Translations under genes and position numbers: made by a program
Origin: an uncultured bacterium
Lineage (GTDB): Bacteria > Zixibacteria > MSB-5A5 > UBA10806
NCBI GenBank assembly: GCA_965541585.1
Contig: CBEUCH010000006.1
Coordinates: 96,001-160,000, forward strand
DNA: 64,000 bases
Reading direction: 5' to 3'
Notes under the pieces: generated by a model
What the model was told of the DNA's origin: nothing
What the model saw: the letters and a program-made list of their open reading frames with translations, nothing else
Database searches by the model: none
Part shown: piece after piece, positions 48,188 to 57,559 of the stretch
Layout: every line of letters starts with the position of its first letter
How positions within the stretch are numbered: the stretch's first letter is position 1

Positions 48188-48760
48188 ATGGCAGGCATTC
48201 CCGCCGGGCGAACATCATCCGTTGAGGCGCTGGAGAAAAATTTTATCTTGCAGACCGAGTTTCGGGCCTCCCCGAAACCGGTAATCGTAACGTCGGTATC
48301 TCTCGACGGCCGGACGGTGCATAAGGTTGAAAGATCATATTCAGAGCCGTATGATACCGAGGCGGGATTGAACGCCGCGGAAGCTACAGTTAGGGCTCAG
48401 CATGAGGGGCTTGCAAAAAAGATTATGGCTAACGGCGCCGATTTTATCAGGCAGACAGGATCTATTAAAATTTCAAAGGCGGACTGGCTTGGCGTAATAC
48501 CCGGCGTTTCGTATGTGGCCAATATTGACGAAAAGCTGGCTACTGAAAACCCGCCGGCTGTTTACATTCAATCCATGTTGATTCTCGCTATTGCCGATGC
48601 CATCAGTCAATCCTCACGCTCTGGTGATTTCAAAGCCAGCGCTATTATCAGCGACCAGGGAAAGTATATAGTTGACAGGGAAGAAAGCACCGGTTTTCTG
48701 ATAAGCCTGAAACCGGATGCCGATATCGGTAAGGTCCTAAAAGAGGTTATAGGGGGATGA
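48188..48760 (+). CDS. hypothetical protein with possible C-terminal roadblock-like domain
   Basis: GGAGG RBS; LQTEF..IVTSV..G..VHK..QH; IPGVSYV; ATGA overlap with the next gene. Confidence 0.65.
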   Translation: MAGIPAGRTSSVEALEKNFILQTEFRASPKPVIVTSVSLDGRTVHKVERSYSEPYDTEAGLNAAEATVRAQHEGLAKKIMANGADFIRQTGSIKISKADWLGVIPGVSYVANIDEKLATENPPAVYIQSMLILAIADAISQSSRSGDFKASAIISDQGKYIVDREESTGFLISLKPDADIGKVLKEVIGG

Positions 48761-49503
48761 ACAAGATCCTTTCCAATATCAGGTCTGTTCCTGGCGTCTG
48801 GGGCACTATCGCCATCGATAAAAAGAGGGCCCTGACCTACCAGATGCTTCCGGCAACCTATAGCACCGAGGCGGTCAAGCAGATAGCCATCCCGACCTTG
48901 AACCTGGCGCGCTCCGCCGAGAAAAACATGGTGATAGACCTATTTTTTGAAAACGGTAAGGCCAGAATCTACAATCATGGCGATGCGGTGGTCCTGATTC
49001 TGGGTCGCCAGGACCTCAATTTCGATATGCTGGCCTCAATCTGCAAAGGGGCCGTGACGGCTATCAACCGACGGTTTGCCCGCGGAGATCTGACTGATCA
49101 GGTCGCTCCCGGCGGTGGGAGTGGAGGATCCAGCGAAGTTAGTTTCGAACTCTTGTTAAAAGCGATAAATATCTTAGCATCCAACGCCCAGCAGAAGATC
49201 GGCGCTTACCTTGTTATGAAGCACCTGCGTAACGCCAAAGACGCTCTGATTGAAAAGTATCAATTTCTGACAACTGTCACGGTCGATAATAACGGCGTCG
49301 CGAACCTTATAAAAGGCTACATTCCTCATAAAGAGGACGATCTTTTGCAGGGATTCGCCCATTGGGCAAATCTCTTTATCTCCAACTGCGCCTCGTCCTC
49401 CGATAAGCTCAATCCAGCCGATATACTCGAGCTGACCATGGAAATTAAAGACAAATTGGAGCTTTCCGGTTTCTACCAGCTTTATGCCGATATAGGGATA
49501 TAA
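48757..49503 (+). CDS. hypothetical protein with N-terminal roadblock/LC7 (MglB)-like domain
   Basis: ILSNIRSVPGVWGTIAID, FENGKARI, VVLILG; Gly/Ser linker; helical C-terminal domain. Confidence 0.6.
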   Translation: MNKILSNIRSVPGVWGTIAIDKKRALTYQMLPATYSTEAVKQIAIPTLNLARSAEKNMVIDLFFENGKARIYNHGDAVVLILGRQDLNFDMLASICKGAVTAINRRFARGDLTDQVAPGGGSGGSSEVSFELLLKAINILASNAQQKIGAYLVMKHLRNAKDALIEKYQFLTTVTVDNNGVANLIKGYIPHKEDDLLQGFAHWANLFISNCASSSDKLNPADILELTMEIKDKLELSGFYQLYADIGI

Positions 49504-49583
49504 TACTACTTAATCTTCGCTTGACATCAATATACATTTTTGATATAAGTAATAACGGTTCTGTCTCGGCGAACGGAAGTCTT

Positions 49584-50594
49584 ATGACCTGCTTGTTAAG
49601 GATTATTTTCATATCAACAATAGTATGCGTATTAATGTTTTCGCCGGGAATCGTTTCCGCCGGATACACCGTCACGGAAATCCTCGTCATCCCCTGGGGC
49701 GAGGGGCCGAATGAACTTGCTATTACTGAGGAGCATCGCGAGTACTATGAATGCGGCCCGATCGATACAGTAGGATATCTTGTTGGCGGCGACGGGCCGG
49801 AAGAGATGTTTGTTGACCTGGAGGAGAACATTTATTTCACATCGAATAGCCTGGCTTACTTAAAGGGGTTTGATAATCATGGCAATGTTATAGTTGATTA
49901 TTCCACAGACAAAACCAAATTCAACTACGATTTTTTCTGTGGCTGGTTTTATGATGTATATGTTGATTCTCTTGGCCGCATCTATTGCAACGGCAACGAA
50001 TTGGCTTGCATGTCAGTTGCGGTGGTTGATCGGAATAACAACCTTTTAGAGAGACTCAATCCCCTTGGATATGATACAGATCTTCCGGCATCGGTTGAAT
50101 ACCGGGGCTCCGACGATGTTATTCTCTTTAAATCCTGGGTATATGGATTTTCTACCTACATGAACGGACAATTCTATCCCGGCGGTTCTTATGGCTGGAG
50201 AGCAAGTGACGGATATTACTATCATGTCCAGGTGAGAGATTCATCATCGTTTCGGTTCATCCGGTTGGCGAATCCCGACACCAGCGGGCATCCGGAAACC
50301 GCGGACACCACGATCGTCCCTTACCCGCCCGGCGGTTTGAAGTTGGCTTTCTCGATGGGTGTCGATGATGATTTGAGACTCTATGTACAATTTTTGGATA
50401 CCTCCCGCGATACGTGGAAAGTTCGTGTATATGATAAAAATTACGATTTTCTCGATGAGATTTTGCCTTTACCCACAGAGGAAAACCGCTATAAGTTATA
50501 CACGCCGGATCTGTTTTTCCGGCAAGACGGCAACGTTTACGAATTCCACTGTCGGGATGACGGCATGCATGTTTTCAGATGGAGCGAACAGTGA
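49584..50594 (+). CDS. exported hypothetical protein, beta-propeller-like
   Basis: Signal peptide; repeated VD..G.IY blades; IPWG.GPNEL. Confidence 0.7.
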   Translation: MTCLLRIIFISTIVCVLMFSPGIVSAGYTVTEILVIPWGEGPNELAITEEHREYYECGPIDTVGYLVGGDGPEEMFVDLEENIYFTSNSLAYLKGFDNHGNVIVDYSTDKTKFNYDFFCGWFYDVYVDSLGRIYCNGNELACMSVAVVDRNNNLLERLNPLGYDTDLPASVEYRGSDDVILFKSWVYGFSTYMNGQFYPGGSYGWRASDGYYYHVQVRDSSSFRFIRLANPDTSGHPETADTTIVPYPPGGLKLAFSMGVDDDLRLYVQFLDTSRDTWKVRVYDKNYDFLDEILPLPTEENRYKLYTPDLFFRQDGNVYEFHCRDDGMHVFRWSEQ

Positions 50595-50740
50595 AAATAA
50601 TCGCTCAATAATAGCTCTGCCCGGCTTTCTCGATAGATTCTAGGAAATCATACCCCCACATTCGCCCTTGACTTTGCATACCTTCATATCTATCTATGGC
50701 ATCTGTATGGATTATTCTTGATCTGATAAATGGAGGCTCT

Positions 50741-52033
50741 ATGAAGAAATTCTGTGTTTTGATGCTGCTTTTTCTGCTTCTAACATCGCCGGTTCTGGCC
50801 GGCAAAACCACCTTCCACACGCTGGACAACGGTATGGAGGTGATACTCAAGGAGAACCATGCCGTATCGCTGATATCCTCTGTGGTGGTGGTCAAAGCCG
50901 GCAGCAAATACGAAAACGACCAGAACAACGGGTTTACGCATCTATTGGAGCATATGCTTTTTAACGGCACCGAGACCAAGACCCGCGAGGATATCACCGA
51001 GGGGATCAAAAACTACGGCGGCTATATCAACGCATTCACGCGCCAGGAGATGACCGGCTACCTGGTGGTCATGCCGACGGAGTTTATCGAACAGGGACTC
51101 GATATACAGTCGGACCAGCTGTTCAACTCCATATTGCCTGCAGACGAATTCCCCAAGGAGCGGGATATAGTTGCGGAGGAGATCAAGAAAGACAACGACA
51201 TGGAAAGCTCCGTGGCGTACGACTATTTCAACTCGGTGATCTTCCAGGGTACGCCCTACGCCTTGCCGGTGATCGGATATGACGAAACCATCAAATCCGT
51301 CTCACGCGACGAGGTGATGAGCTATTACAAAGAGTATTACGTACCGAATAATATGATCGCATTCTTCAGTGGAGATTTTGAAACGGGGAAGATGCTCAAA
51401 CTGGTGGAGAGATATTTCGGGAAATATCCTCGCGGCGAGACGCCTGCGCTTGAGGAGTTCAGTATATCACCGCCCTACAGGACGAAGGTTCATACCAAAA
51501 GCTTTCCCTCCAGAGTAACCTATATCAACATCTCCCTCCCGGGCCCGTTGTATAGCGATCCCGACTATTTCGCTTTCGATGTCCTCTCGCAGATACTCGA
51601 TTCCGACTCTTCCCCGTTGAGCAAAGCTCTCACCGGCGCCGGCGATCCGTTGGCTACCGATGTTTCGGTGAGCCTGGCCATGCAAAAAGAGTTTACCATG
51701 ATGGATATCTCGATCAAGACCAACGATAAGAAAAATATAAAGCCTATTGTAGCCAAGACGATCGAAACGCTGACAGCCTTACCTGAGACGGAGTTTAACG
51801 AAGATGATATCCGCAGGGTGGTCGTACCCAACAAGGTTTACGAGATAAAACTCGAGGAGAAGCTTCATTATTACGGTATCATGAAGGCGCCGTATCTGGC
51901 CACAGCCGGATTTGAATTTCTCGAAAGCTATATAGACAATCTCTCGGATGTGACGCCTGCTGATGTAAATGGAATCGTGCAAGAATACTTTTCCAAACCT
52001 GAATACGTGGCCTGCGCCCTGGCGTCCAAATAG
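50741..52033 (+). CDS. M16B zinc peptidase, catalytic subunit (exported)
   Basis: Signal peptide; HLLEHMLF; NAFT; ERDIVAEE; YYVPNN. Confidence 0.93.
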   Translation: MKKFCVLMLLFLLLTSPVLAGKTTFHTLDNGMEVILKENHAVSLISSVVVVKAGSKYENDQNNGFTHLLEHMLFNGTETKTREDITEGIKNYGGYINAFTRQEMTGYLVVMPTEFIEQGLDIQSDQLFNSILPADEFPKERDIVAEEIKKDNDMESSVAYDYFNSVIFQGTPYALPVIGYDETIKSVSRDEVMSYYKEYYVPNNMIAFFSGDFETGKMLKLVERYFGKYPRGETPALEEFSISPPYRTKVHTKSFPSRVTYINISLPGPLYSDPDYFAFDVLSQILDSDSSPLSKALTGAGDPLATDVSVSLAMQKEFTMMDISIKTNDKKNIKPIVAKTIETLTALPETEFNEDDIRRVVVPNKVYEIKLEEKLHYYGIMKAPYLATAGFEFLESYIDNLSDVTPADVNGIVQEYFSKPEYVACALASK

Positions 52034-52042
52034 GAGGTGGAG

Positions 52043-53404
52043 ATGAGACGGATAATAGAAATGAAATTTCAGATAGCAACAGCGTTAGCGGCCATGCTTT
52101 TTCTATCGCTTTGTATCAATTCCTGCGGCACTAAGACCAATTATAACAAATTCGTGCGAGAGGTGCTTCCGAACGGGCTGACTCTCATCATAAAATACAA
52201 TCCCGACAGCCGTGTATTCGCCATAAATATCCTGGGGAGAAACCGCAGCGCCACCGAAGCCGATGGCAAGGACGGTATCACCGATTTCGTCAACCGGATG
52301 CTGGTGAACGGAGCCGACGGCATGAACGCCGAAGAAGTGCAAAACAGGATGGACGATCTCGGAATTGATATCACCGCCAACGACATTCCGTATATTCCTT
52401 ATGACGACCGTTACACCACGCGCAGCTACTCATTCATTAAATTCGAGACTATCGACGAATACTCTGAAGCCGGTACGCGGCTATTGTATCAGATAGTGGC
52501 CAAACCGGACTTCCCCGAAGACGAGATAGAGAAAACCAAAAAGAAGGTTATGGGACTTCTGGGGATGAGATCAGGCTCCACTTATCAGAACGCCCGGAAT
52601 GAATTCTACGGGAAGTTGTTCGAGGGACATCCCTTCGCAAAGACCGTCATGGGAACGCACGGAACTGTTATGAGATTCACTCGCGACGATCTGGTTACTC
52701 ATCATCGGAGTTTCTACGCTCCCGGGAATATGATCATGGCGGTGGCGACAAATATCGATCCGGATACTGTGAAAAGCTGGATCTATTCTACATTCGGCCA
52801 GATGCCGGTGGTAGAGCAAGAATATCAGAAGCCGGCAATACCCGAAAAACCGTCGGGACTGGTGGAGGTCCATCATGAAATGGATAAAGAACAGATTTAT
52901 ATTTACCTTGGGGGGCTGACGCCCGGTCTTGAGTCTCCCGATGCCGCGGCCATGCATATGGCTTCTTCAATATTATCGACTCGCATGAAGCTTAACCTGC
53001 GCGAGGAGCAGGGGCTGGCTTATTCTGTCGGCATGGGAATACAGTTTATGCCGGAATTCGGATGGACTATTGTTTCCATGGGGACGAGCTATGAGAATTA
53101 CAATATCGCCCGGGACGGTCTGATGGCGGAGATTGATAAGCTGAAATCTGAATTGCCCACTGATGATGAATTGAAAAAGGCTCAGAACTCAACCTGGGGT
53201 TCGATGCTGCTGGCGAGGGCATCGAGGATAAACCAGGCGTACTACATGTGCAAAAACGAGTTTCTGGGTGTCGGCTATGATTACCAGGACGATTACCTGG
53301 CGAAGATTCGGCGAGTAACTGTTGAGGATATCCAAAGGGTGGTCAAAGATTATTTCGATACCGAGAACATGGTGATCGCCACCGCCGGCAAGATAGTCGG
53401 TTAG
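52043..53404 (+). CDS. M16B peptidase, non-catalytic subunit (lipoprotein)
   Basis: Lipobox INS-C; no HxxEH; LREEQGLAY. Confidence 0.9.
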   Translation: MRRIIEMKFQIATALAAMLFLSLCINSCGTKTNYNKFVREVLPNGLTLIIKYNPDSRVFAINILGRNRSATEADGKDGITDFVNRMLVNGADGMNAEEVQNRMDDLGIDITANDIPYIPYDDRYTTRSYSFIKFETIDEYSEAGTRLLYQIVAKPDFPEDEIEKTKKKVMGLLGMRSGSTYQNARNEFYGKLFEGHPFAKTVMGTHGTVMRFTRDDLVTHHRSFYAPGNMIMAVATNIDPDTVKSWIYSTFGQMPVVEQEYQKPAIPEKPSGLVEVHHEMDKEQIYIYLGGLTPGLESPDAAAMHMASSILSTRMKLNLREEQGLAYSVGMGIQFMPEFGWTIVSMGTSYENYNIARDGLMAEIDKLKSELPTDDELKKAQNSTWGSMLLARASRINQAYYMCKNEFLGVGYDYQDDYLAKIRRVTVEDIQRVVKDYFDTENMVIATAGKIVG

Positions 53405-53431
53405 AGTAAGGGCGAATTTGATTAAATCAAT

Positions 53432-54304
53432 TTAGATCCGGTCAAGTTCTGTATCAATTGAAATACCCCGCCCTCCGAGTCCAATCAATTTTTGATTGCC
53501 GGCAGGCGGGGTTTTGAATTCTCCGGGATCGACAACGTAAAGAGTAACTCCCATTTCAAGGGCTGCTTTACCAGCATGCATAGTTCCGCCATCGATACCA
53601 GCCTCCACCACGATTATACCCTTCGATAAAGCGCAGACAAGCTTGTTCCTCACCATCGCATAAGCAGAACTCCAGGGGCTGTTAGGATGAAACTGTGATA
53701 TCACCAGCGCCTCATCTCTTGGGAATTCGGACAATCCGCTTGCCAAAAATTGTTTTATTCCTGAAGATAAAACTATAATGGTTTTAAGGTCGTTCTCTAT
53801 GGCTGAAACATGTGCTGCCTTATCGATGCCCGCGGCACCCCCTGAGATTATAGGGACATCATAACCGGCCAATCCTTTGATTATTCTTTCCACCAGATTG
53901 AAGCCCTCATTTGAGGCTTTTCTTGAACCGACGATGGCTAAACCCTGCTGTGAAAGCAGTTCTCTATTCCCATAAACGAACAGTAAAGGTGGCGCATCGA
54001 TATTGAGTCTTTTAGTGAGAGCCTCAGGATAATCTTGAGAGTCTATAGAGATAATCTCAACATCGGCTTCAATAAGGGAATCGAACTCGACCAACGCTCT
54101 GTCACCATCGACATCTTTTAATGCCTGGCAATCTCTTTCTGTCAAATCAGGGAAAAGGGATCGCATCTGTGATACATCCGATTCTAGAAAACGATCAAAC
54201 CCATCATCTACAATATTTTGAGCGCGTAGAATTCTGCTAATTTTTCGTGGCCCTATTCCATTAGCACAAAAGAGCCTATAGATATCGCGTTCGGAGATTG
54301 CCAT
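53432..54304 (-). CDS. DprA/Smf-like (SLOG) protein lacking the C-terminal winged helix
   Basis: YPEAL, PPLLF..GN, AIVGSR, SGGAAGIDKAAH, AMVRNK, GGT. Confidence 0.88.
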   Translation of the reverse strand: MAISERDIYRLFCANGIGPRKISRILRAQNIVDDGFDRFLESDVSQMRSLFPDLTERDCQALKDVDGDRALVEFDSLIEADVEIISIDSQDYPEALTKRLNIDAPPLLFVYGNRELLSQQGLAIVGSRKASNEGFNLVERIIKGLAGYDVPIISGGAAGIDKAAHVSAIENDLKTIIVLSSGIKQFLASGLSEFPRDEALVISQFHPNSPWSSAYAMVRNKLVCALSKGIIVVEAGIDGGTMHAGKAALEMGVTLYVVDPGEFKTPPAGNQKLIGLGGRGISIDTELDRI

Positions 54305-54891
54305 TATCTTCTGGTCCTTGTTTTTGTAATAGTCAAAACATATATTGATTTGACTCCGGCTTCCCTTCGTAGCACTCTGGCGCCTTCATTGAGAGTCAGG
54401 CCTGAACGGTAGAGATCATCGAACAGGAGGACTGCTTTATGCTCAAGCTTTCTGGATCTCACGGCGAACATATCTTTCACCAATTCTGCCCTTTGTCGAA
54501 AATCCTCTATTTCCTTCATGGGCGGAAGTCGTCTCGCCATTCTTATAATTCTTGTTTCTACCGGCAAGCCAGTCAGTTTGCCCAACCTCTTACCAATTGA
54601 GCGAACCGGCTGAAAGAATAGACGAAATCTGGATGGCGGAATCGTCACGATATTATCGATTTCTTGAAGAATTCCTTTTTCTTTTAGAAACTCAATGGCC
54701 ACGGCGGCAAGTTTTCTGGCCAGCCACCATTCACGTCTGTACTTCAATCTGTAAAGGATCTCGCCTATGGGGGTTCTTAGGGTGTGATAACTGTTCTTCG
54801 ATTCATTGTAGCGACTTGAAATCGTATGAAAATCCATCGCCCATCCGGCTATCCAATTCCCTTTCAATTCTTGAATGTTGGTGGCTATCAT
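54304..54891 (-). CDS. ComF-like phosphoribosyltransferase without zinc ribbon
   Basis: LYRLKY, IPPS, VLLFDDLYRSGLTL, VLTITKT. Confidence 0.85.
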   Translation of the reverse strand: MIATNIQELKGNWIAGWAMDFHTISSRYNESKNSYHTLRTPIGEILYRLKYRREWWLARKLAAVAIEFLKEKGILQEIDNIVTIPPSRFRLFFQPVRSIGKRLGKLTGLPVETRIIRMARRLPPMKEIEDFRQRAELVKDMFAVRSRKLEHKAVLLFDDLYRSGLTLNEGARVLRREAGVKSIYVLTITKTRTRR

Positions 54892-54901
54892 TTTGACATC
54901 T

Positions 54902-54930
54902 ATGATATTTGAGACATCATCTTAAGTCAA
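54902..54930 (-). promoter_or_regulatory. promoter of the PRTase-DprA pair
   Basis: TTGACT-17-TATCAT, 10 nt before the ATG; no SD. Confidence 0.6.
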
Positions 54931-55026
54931 TAGTATAAGTAAATAATGTCGGAACAGTCAGCGTCAATAAATACAAAACGAGGAGACTCCGGCTCTCAGT
55001 TCAACTTAAGCCCTGATCTCTTTATG

Positions 55027-56040
55027 TCAGATGATCCGCTCTATCTTGCGGTCAGCAAAGGAGAAATATCGCTCGACCTCGAAATGCTCTCTGCCATCGA
55101 CCAAGACAACCGGGTATATCAGATAATTAAGAGGATCTGAAAGCCCCTCCACTTCGAGTGTTATATCGCGGCCGATGGTGAATGCCACCCTGTTCTCATC
55201 GAGGCTGCCGAAGAAGAATTCGGTTTTCTCCGGATTCTTGCTGGCTTCGGAGGCGTCCACCGGAACCCAGCCGAGCTCATCGGTGTAAAATTCGGCCCAG
55301 CAGTGGTATCCCGCTATCTCGCCCTCTTCTCTGTCCTCCGGCAGCGGGAATCCCATCACGAACCTGGCCGGTATGCCGCTGGCGCGGGCCATACCGATGA
55401 AAAGCGAATGAAAATCAGTGCAGTTACCGGCTCTGGTGTCGCAGGCGTAGATGGCATCCCCGCGACCCCAGCCGACACCGCTCTTGTCGTATGTCATTGT
55501 GGCGACGATATTATCATATATAGCGCGGGCCTTTTCCAGATCGGTCATGCCCTCGCTGACAACCTTTTCCTTCTCCTCCAGGACGGCGCCGTCCAGCGGG
55601 ATGAGTTTATCCGGTGAGAGGAAGCGGGTAAGCATGAGTTCCGACGGTCTGTCTATCTCTTTTAATGAGCCATCGAGGGCAGAATAGTTTTTCCGGTTCG
55701 CCAGAAAGGTCATTTTTGCCTGAAAGCTCTCGCCCACGCTCTCACCACCCAGGTCAATTCTTAAAATCTTATTGCCGTATTCGTTGTCGGTTAAGTAGAC
55801 ATAGGGAGACGCGCTATCAATCTTGATATTCGAAATAATCTGGTGATAGTCCGACTGCGGAACGGGAATCAATACGCTGACGTTCTCGGCGTCCGGAGGT
55901 ATGTTGTTCACCTCCACCATATAAGCAAACTCAATAGTTCTGCCGGAATCGTCGGTGGAGAATGGTTTCGTTAGAATACCGTATGCTATTACGCCCGCAA
56001 CCAGGATAGATATAATTATCACGGTTCCCTTCACCTTCAT
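55027..56040 (-). CDS. membrane-anchored transglutaminase-like protein
   Basis: GNCTDFH, YHCWAEFY, WVPVD catalytic triad; N-terminal TM. Confidence 0.92.
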   Translation of the reverse strand: MKVKGTVIIISILVAGVIAYGILTKPFSTDDSGRTIEFAYMVEVNNIPPDAENVSVLIPVPQSDYHQIISNIKIDSASPYVYLTDNEYGNKILRIDLGGESVGESFQAKMTFLANRKNYSALDGSLKEIDRPSELMLTRFLSPDKLIPLDGAVLEEKEKVVSEGMTDLEKARAIYDNIVATMTYDKSGVGWGRGDAIYACDTRAGNCTDFHSLFIGMARASGIPARFVMGFPLPEDREEGEIAGYHCWAEFYTDELGWVPVDASEASKNPEKTEFFFGSLDENRVAFTIGRDITLEVEGLSDPLNYLIYPVVLVDGREHFEVERYFSFADRKIERII

Positions 56041-56476
56041 CGCTCGCACCTCTCCGTTAAAGGCCTTCATTCCCAATCTCGATTCTTGAACAAGCCCGGC
56101 ATCTCAAAAGTTCCAATCATAGGATATCAATAAGCGGGAAGACCTAACCTGATTGTAAGAGCATTTTTCTGGACGATCATCTTGCCTTCCTGGACCCGCG
56201 ATTTCTACGCCGTGATTAGAATGAAGCAATCTGGCGAAGTCGCAGGTGCGAGGAGCATTGGATTAGACTTTATTTTTAGAAGAGAAGCAAGAGAAAATTA
56301 AACCAGATGAGGAAACACCGGTAATAGTAGCTTCAAATGTCATCCCCCGCCATACTCCATCAAATGGATTTCACCGTTCCCTCGGAGTCGGTGGTGCCGC
56401 CAAAATCATGATCGCTGCGGAACAAGCGGTATGCCAGCGTGGTTAATCTTAAGAACGGAAACCCGGGGTTTAACCT

Positions 56477-57520
56477 ATGGCCAGGATAATTTCTACAGCG
56501 ATCGCACCTCCCTCTTACAGGGTTTCGCAGGATCAGGCGAAAGAGTTTGCCCGCCATCATTTTTCATCCGGGCTCGAAAATATAGATGCCCTGCTGCCCA
56601 TCTTTGAACATGCTGGAATCGAGAGCCGCTATTTCTGCGTGCCCCCGGAATGGTTTCTAACCTCGAAGGATTTCCGGAAGAAAAATGAGATCTATATCGA
56701 ATGGGCCACGAAGCTGGCTGAGGAGGCGTCCCGGAAGTGCCTGGAAAGTGTGAATGTAACGTCCGATGAGATCGATTATATCATTTTCGTTTCGACGACC
56801 GGACTTGCCACACCGTCGATCGATGCCCGGCTGATCAACATTATGAAGATGCGCTCGGATATCGGCCGTGCGCCGGTGTGGGGTTTTGGTTGCCTGGGCG
56901 GAGCCGCCGGTCTGTCGATGGCCTTCAATTATATAAAGGCCTACCCGGATTCAAAGGTATTGGTCGTGGCAGTGGAGCTATGCGGCCTGACATTTCAGTA
57001 TGGCGATTTTAGCAAAAGCAACTTTGTGGCGACCGCCCTCTTTGCCGACGGCGCAGCAGCGGCTCTTATTGCAGGTGAAGGTGACGGCCCTGAGATTATC
57101 GCCACCGAAAGCAGGATCTGGCCGGATTCTCTCGATGTCATGGGCTGGAATTTCTTGAATGATGGCATGCAGGTGGTGTTCTCAAAAGCCATTCCCGCTA
57201 TTGTGAGCAGATATGCACACGAAAATATATCCGGCTTTCTTGTAAATAACGGATTATCACTCGCTGATCTGGAGTACTACCTGATCCATCCCGGCGGCGT
57301 GAAGGTGATAGAGGCATATGAGCGATCGCTTGGTATTAATTCCCGGAAGCTTCGGCTATCCCGGGAAATCCTTAAGAATTACGGAAACATGTCGTCGGCT
57401 ACGATCCTCTATATTCTCGATAGTTTTCTACAATCTGATGGGATGGAGCAGGGGAACTTTGGTCTGATAACATCACTCGGCCCCGGTTTTTCTTCAGAAT
57501 GTCTGCTGTTTAAGGTATAG
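56477..57520 (+). CDS. type III polyketide synthase (BpsA/SrsA-like)
   Basis: GFGCLGG, VELC, LFADG, IHPGG, YGNMSS, GPGF. Confidence 0.93.
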   Translation: MARIISTAIAPPSYRVSQDQAKEFARHHFSSGLENIDALLPIFEHAGIESRYFCVPPEWFLTSKDFRKKNEIYIEWATKLAEEASRKCLESVNVTSDEIDYIIFVSTTGLATPSIDARLINIMKMRSDIGRAPVWGFGCLGGAAGLSMAFNYIKAYPDSKVLVVAVELCGLTFQYGDFSKSNFVATALFADGAAAALIAGEGDGPEIIATESRIWPDSLDVMGWNFLNDGMQVVFSKAIPAIVSRYAHENISGFLVNNGLSLADLEYYLIHPGGVKVIEAYERSLGINSRKLRLSREILKNYGNMSSATILYILDSFLQSDGMEQGNFGLITSLGPGFSSECLLFKV

Positions 57521-57559
57521 CTCCGGGAAATATGAAGTGAAACCTGTCGGCTGCTCTGG

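Noticed and set aside
56077..56476. 400-nt gap between the transglutaminase and PKS genes
   Set aside because: Divergent promoter region; no repeat, stable structure or credible ORF seen
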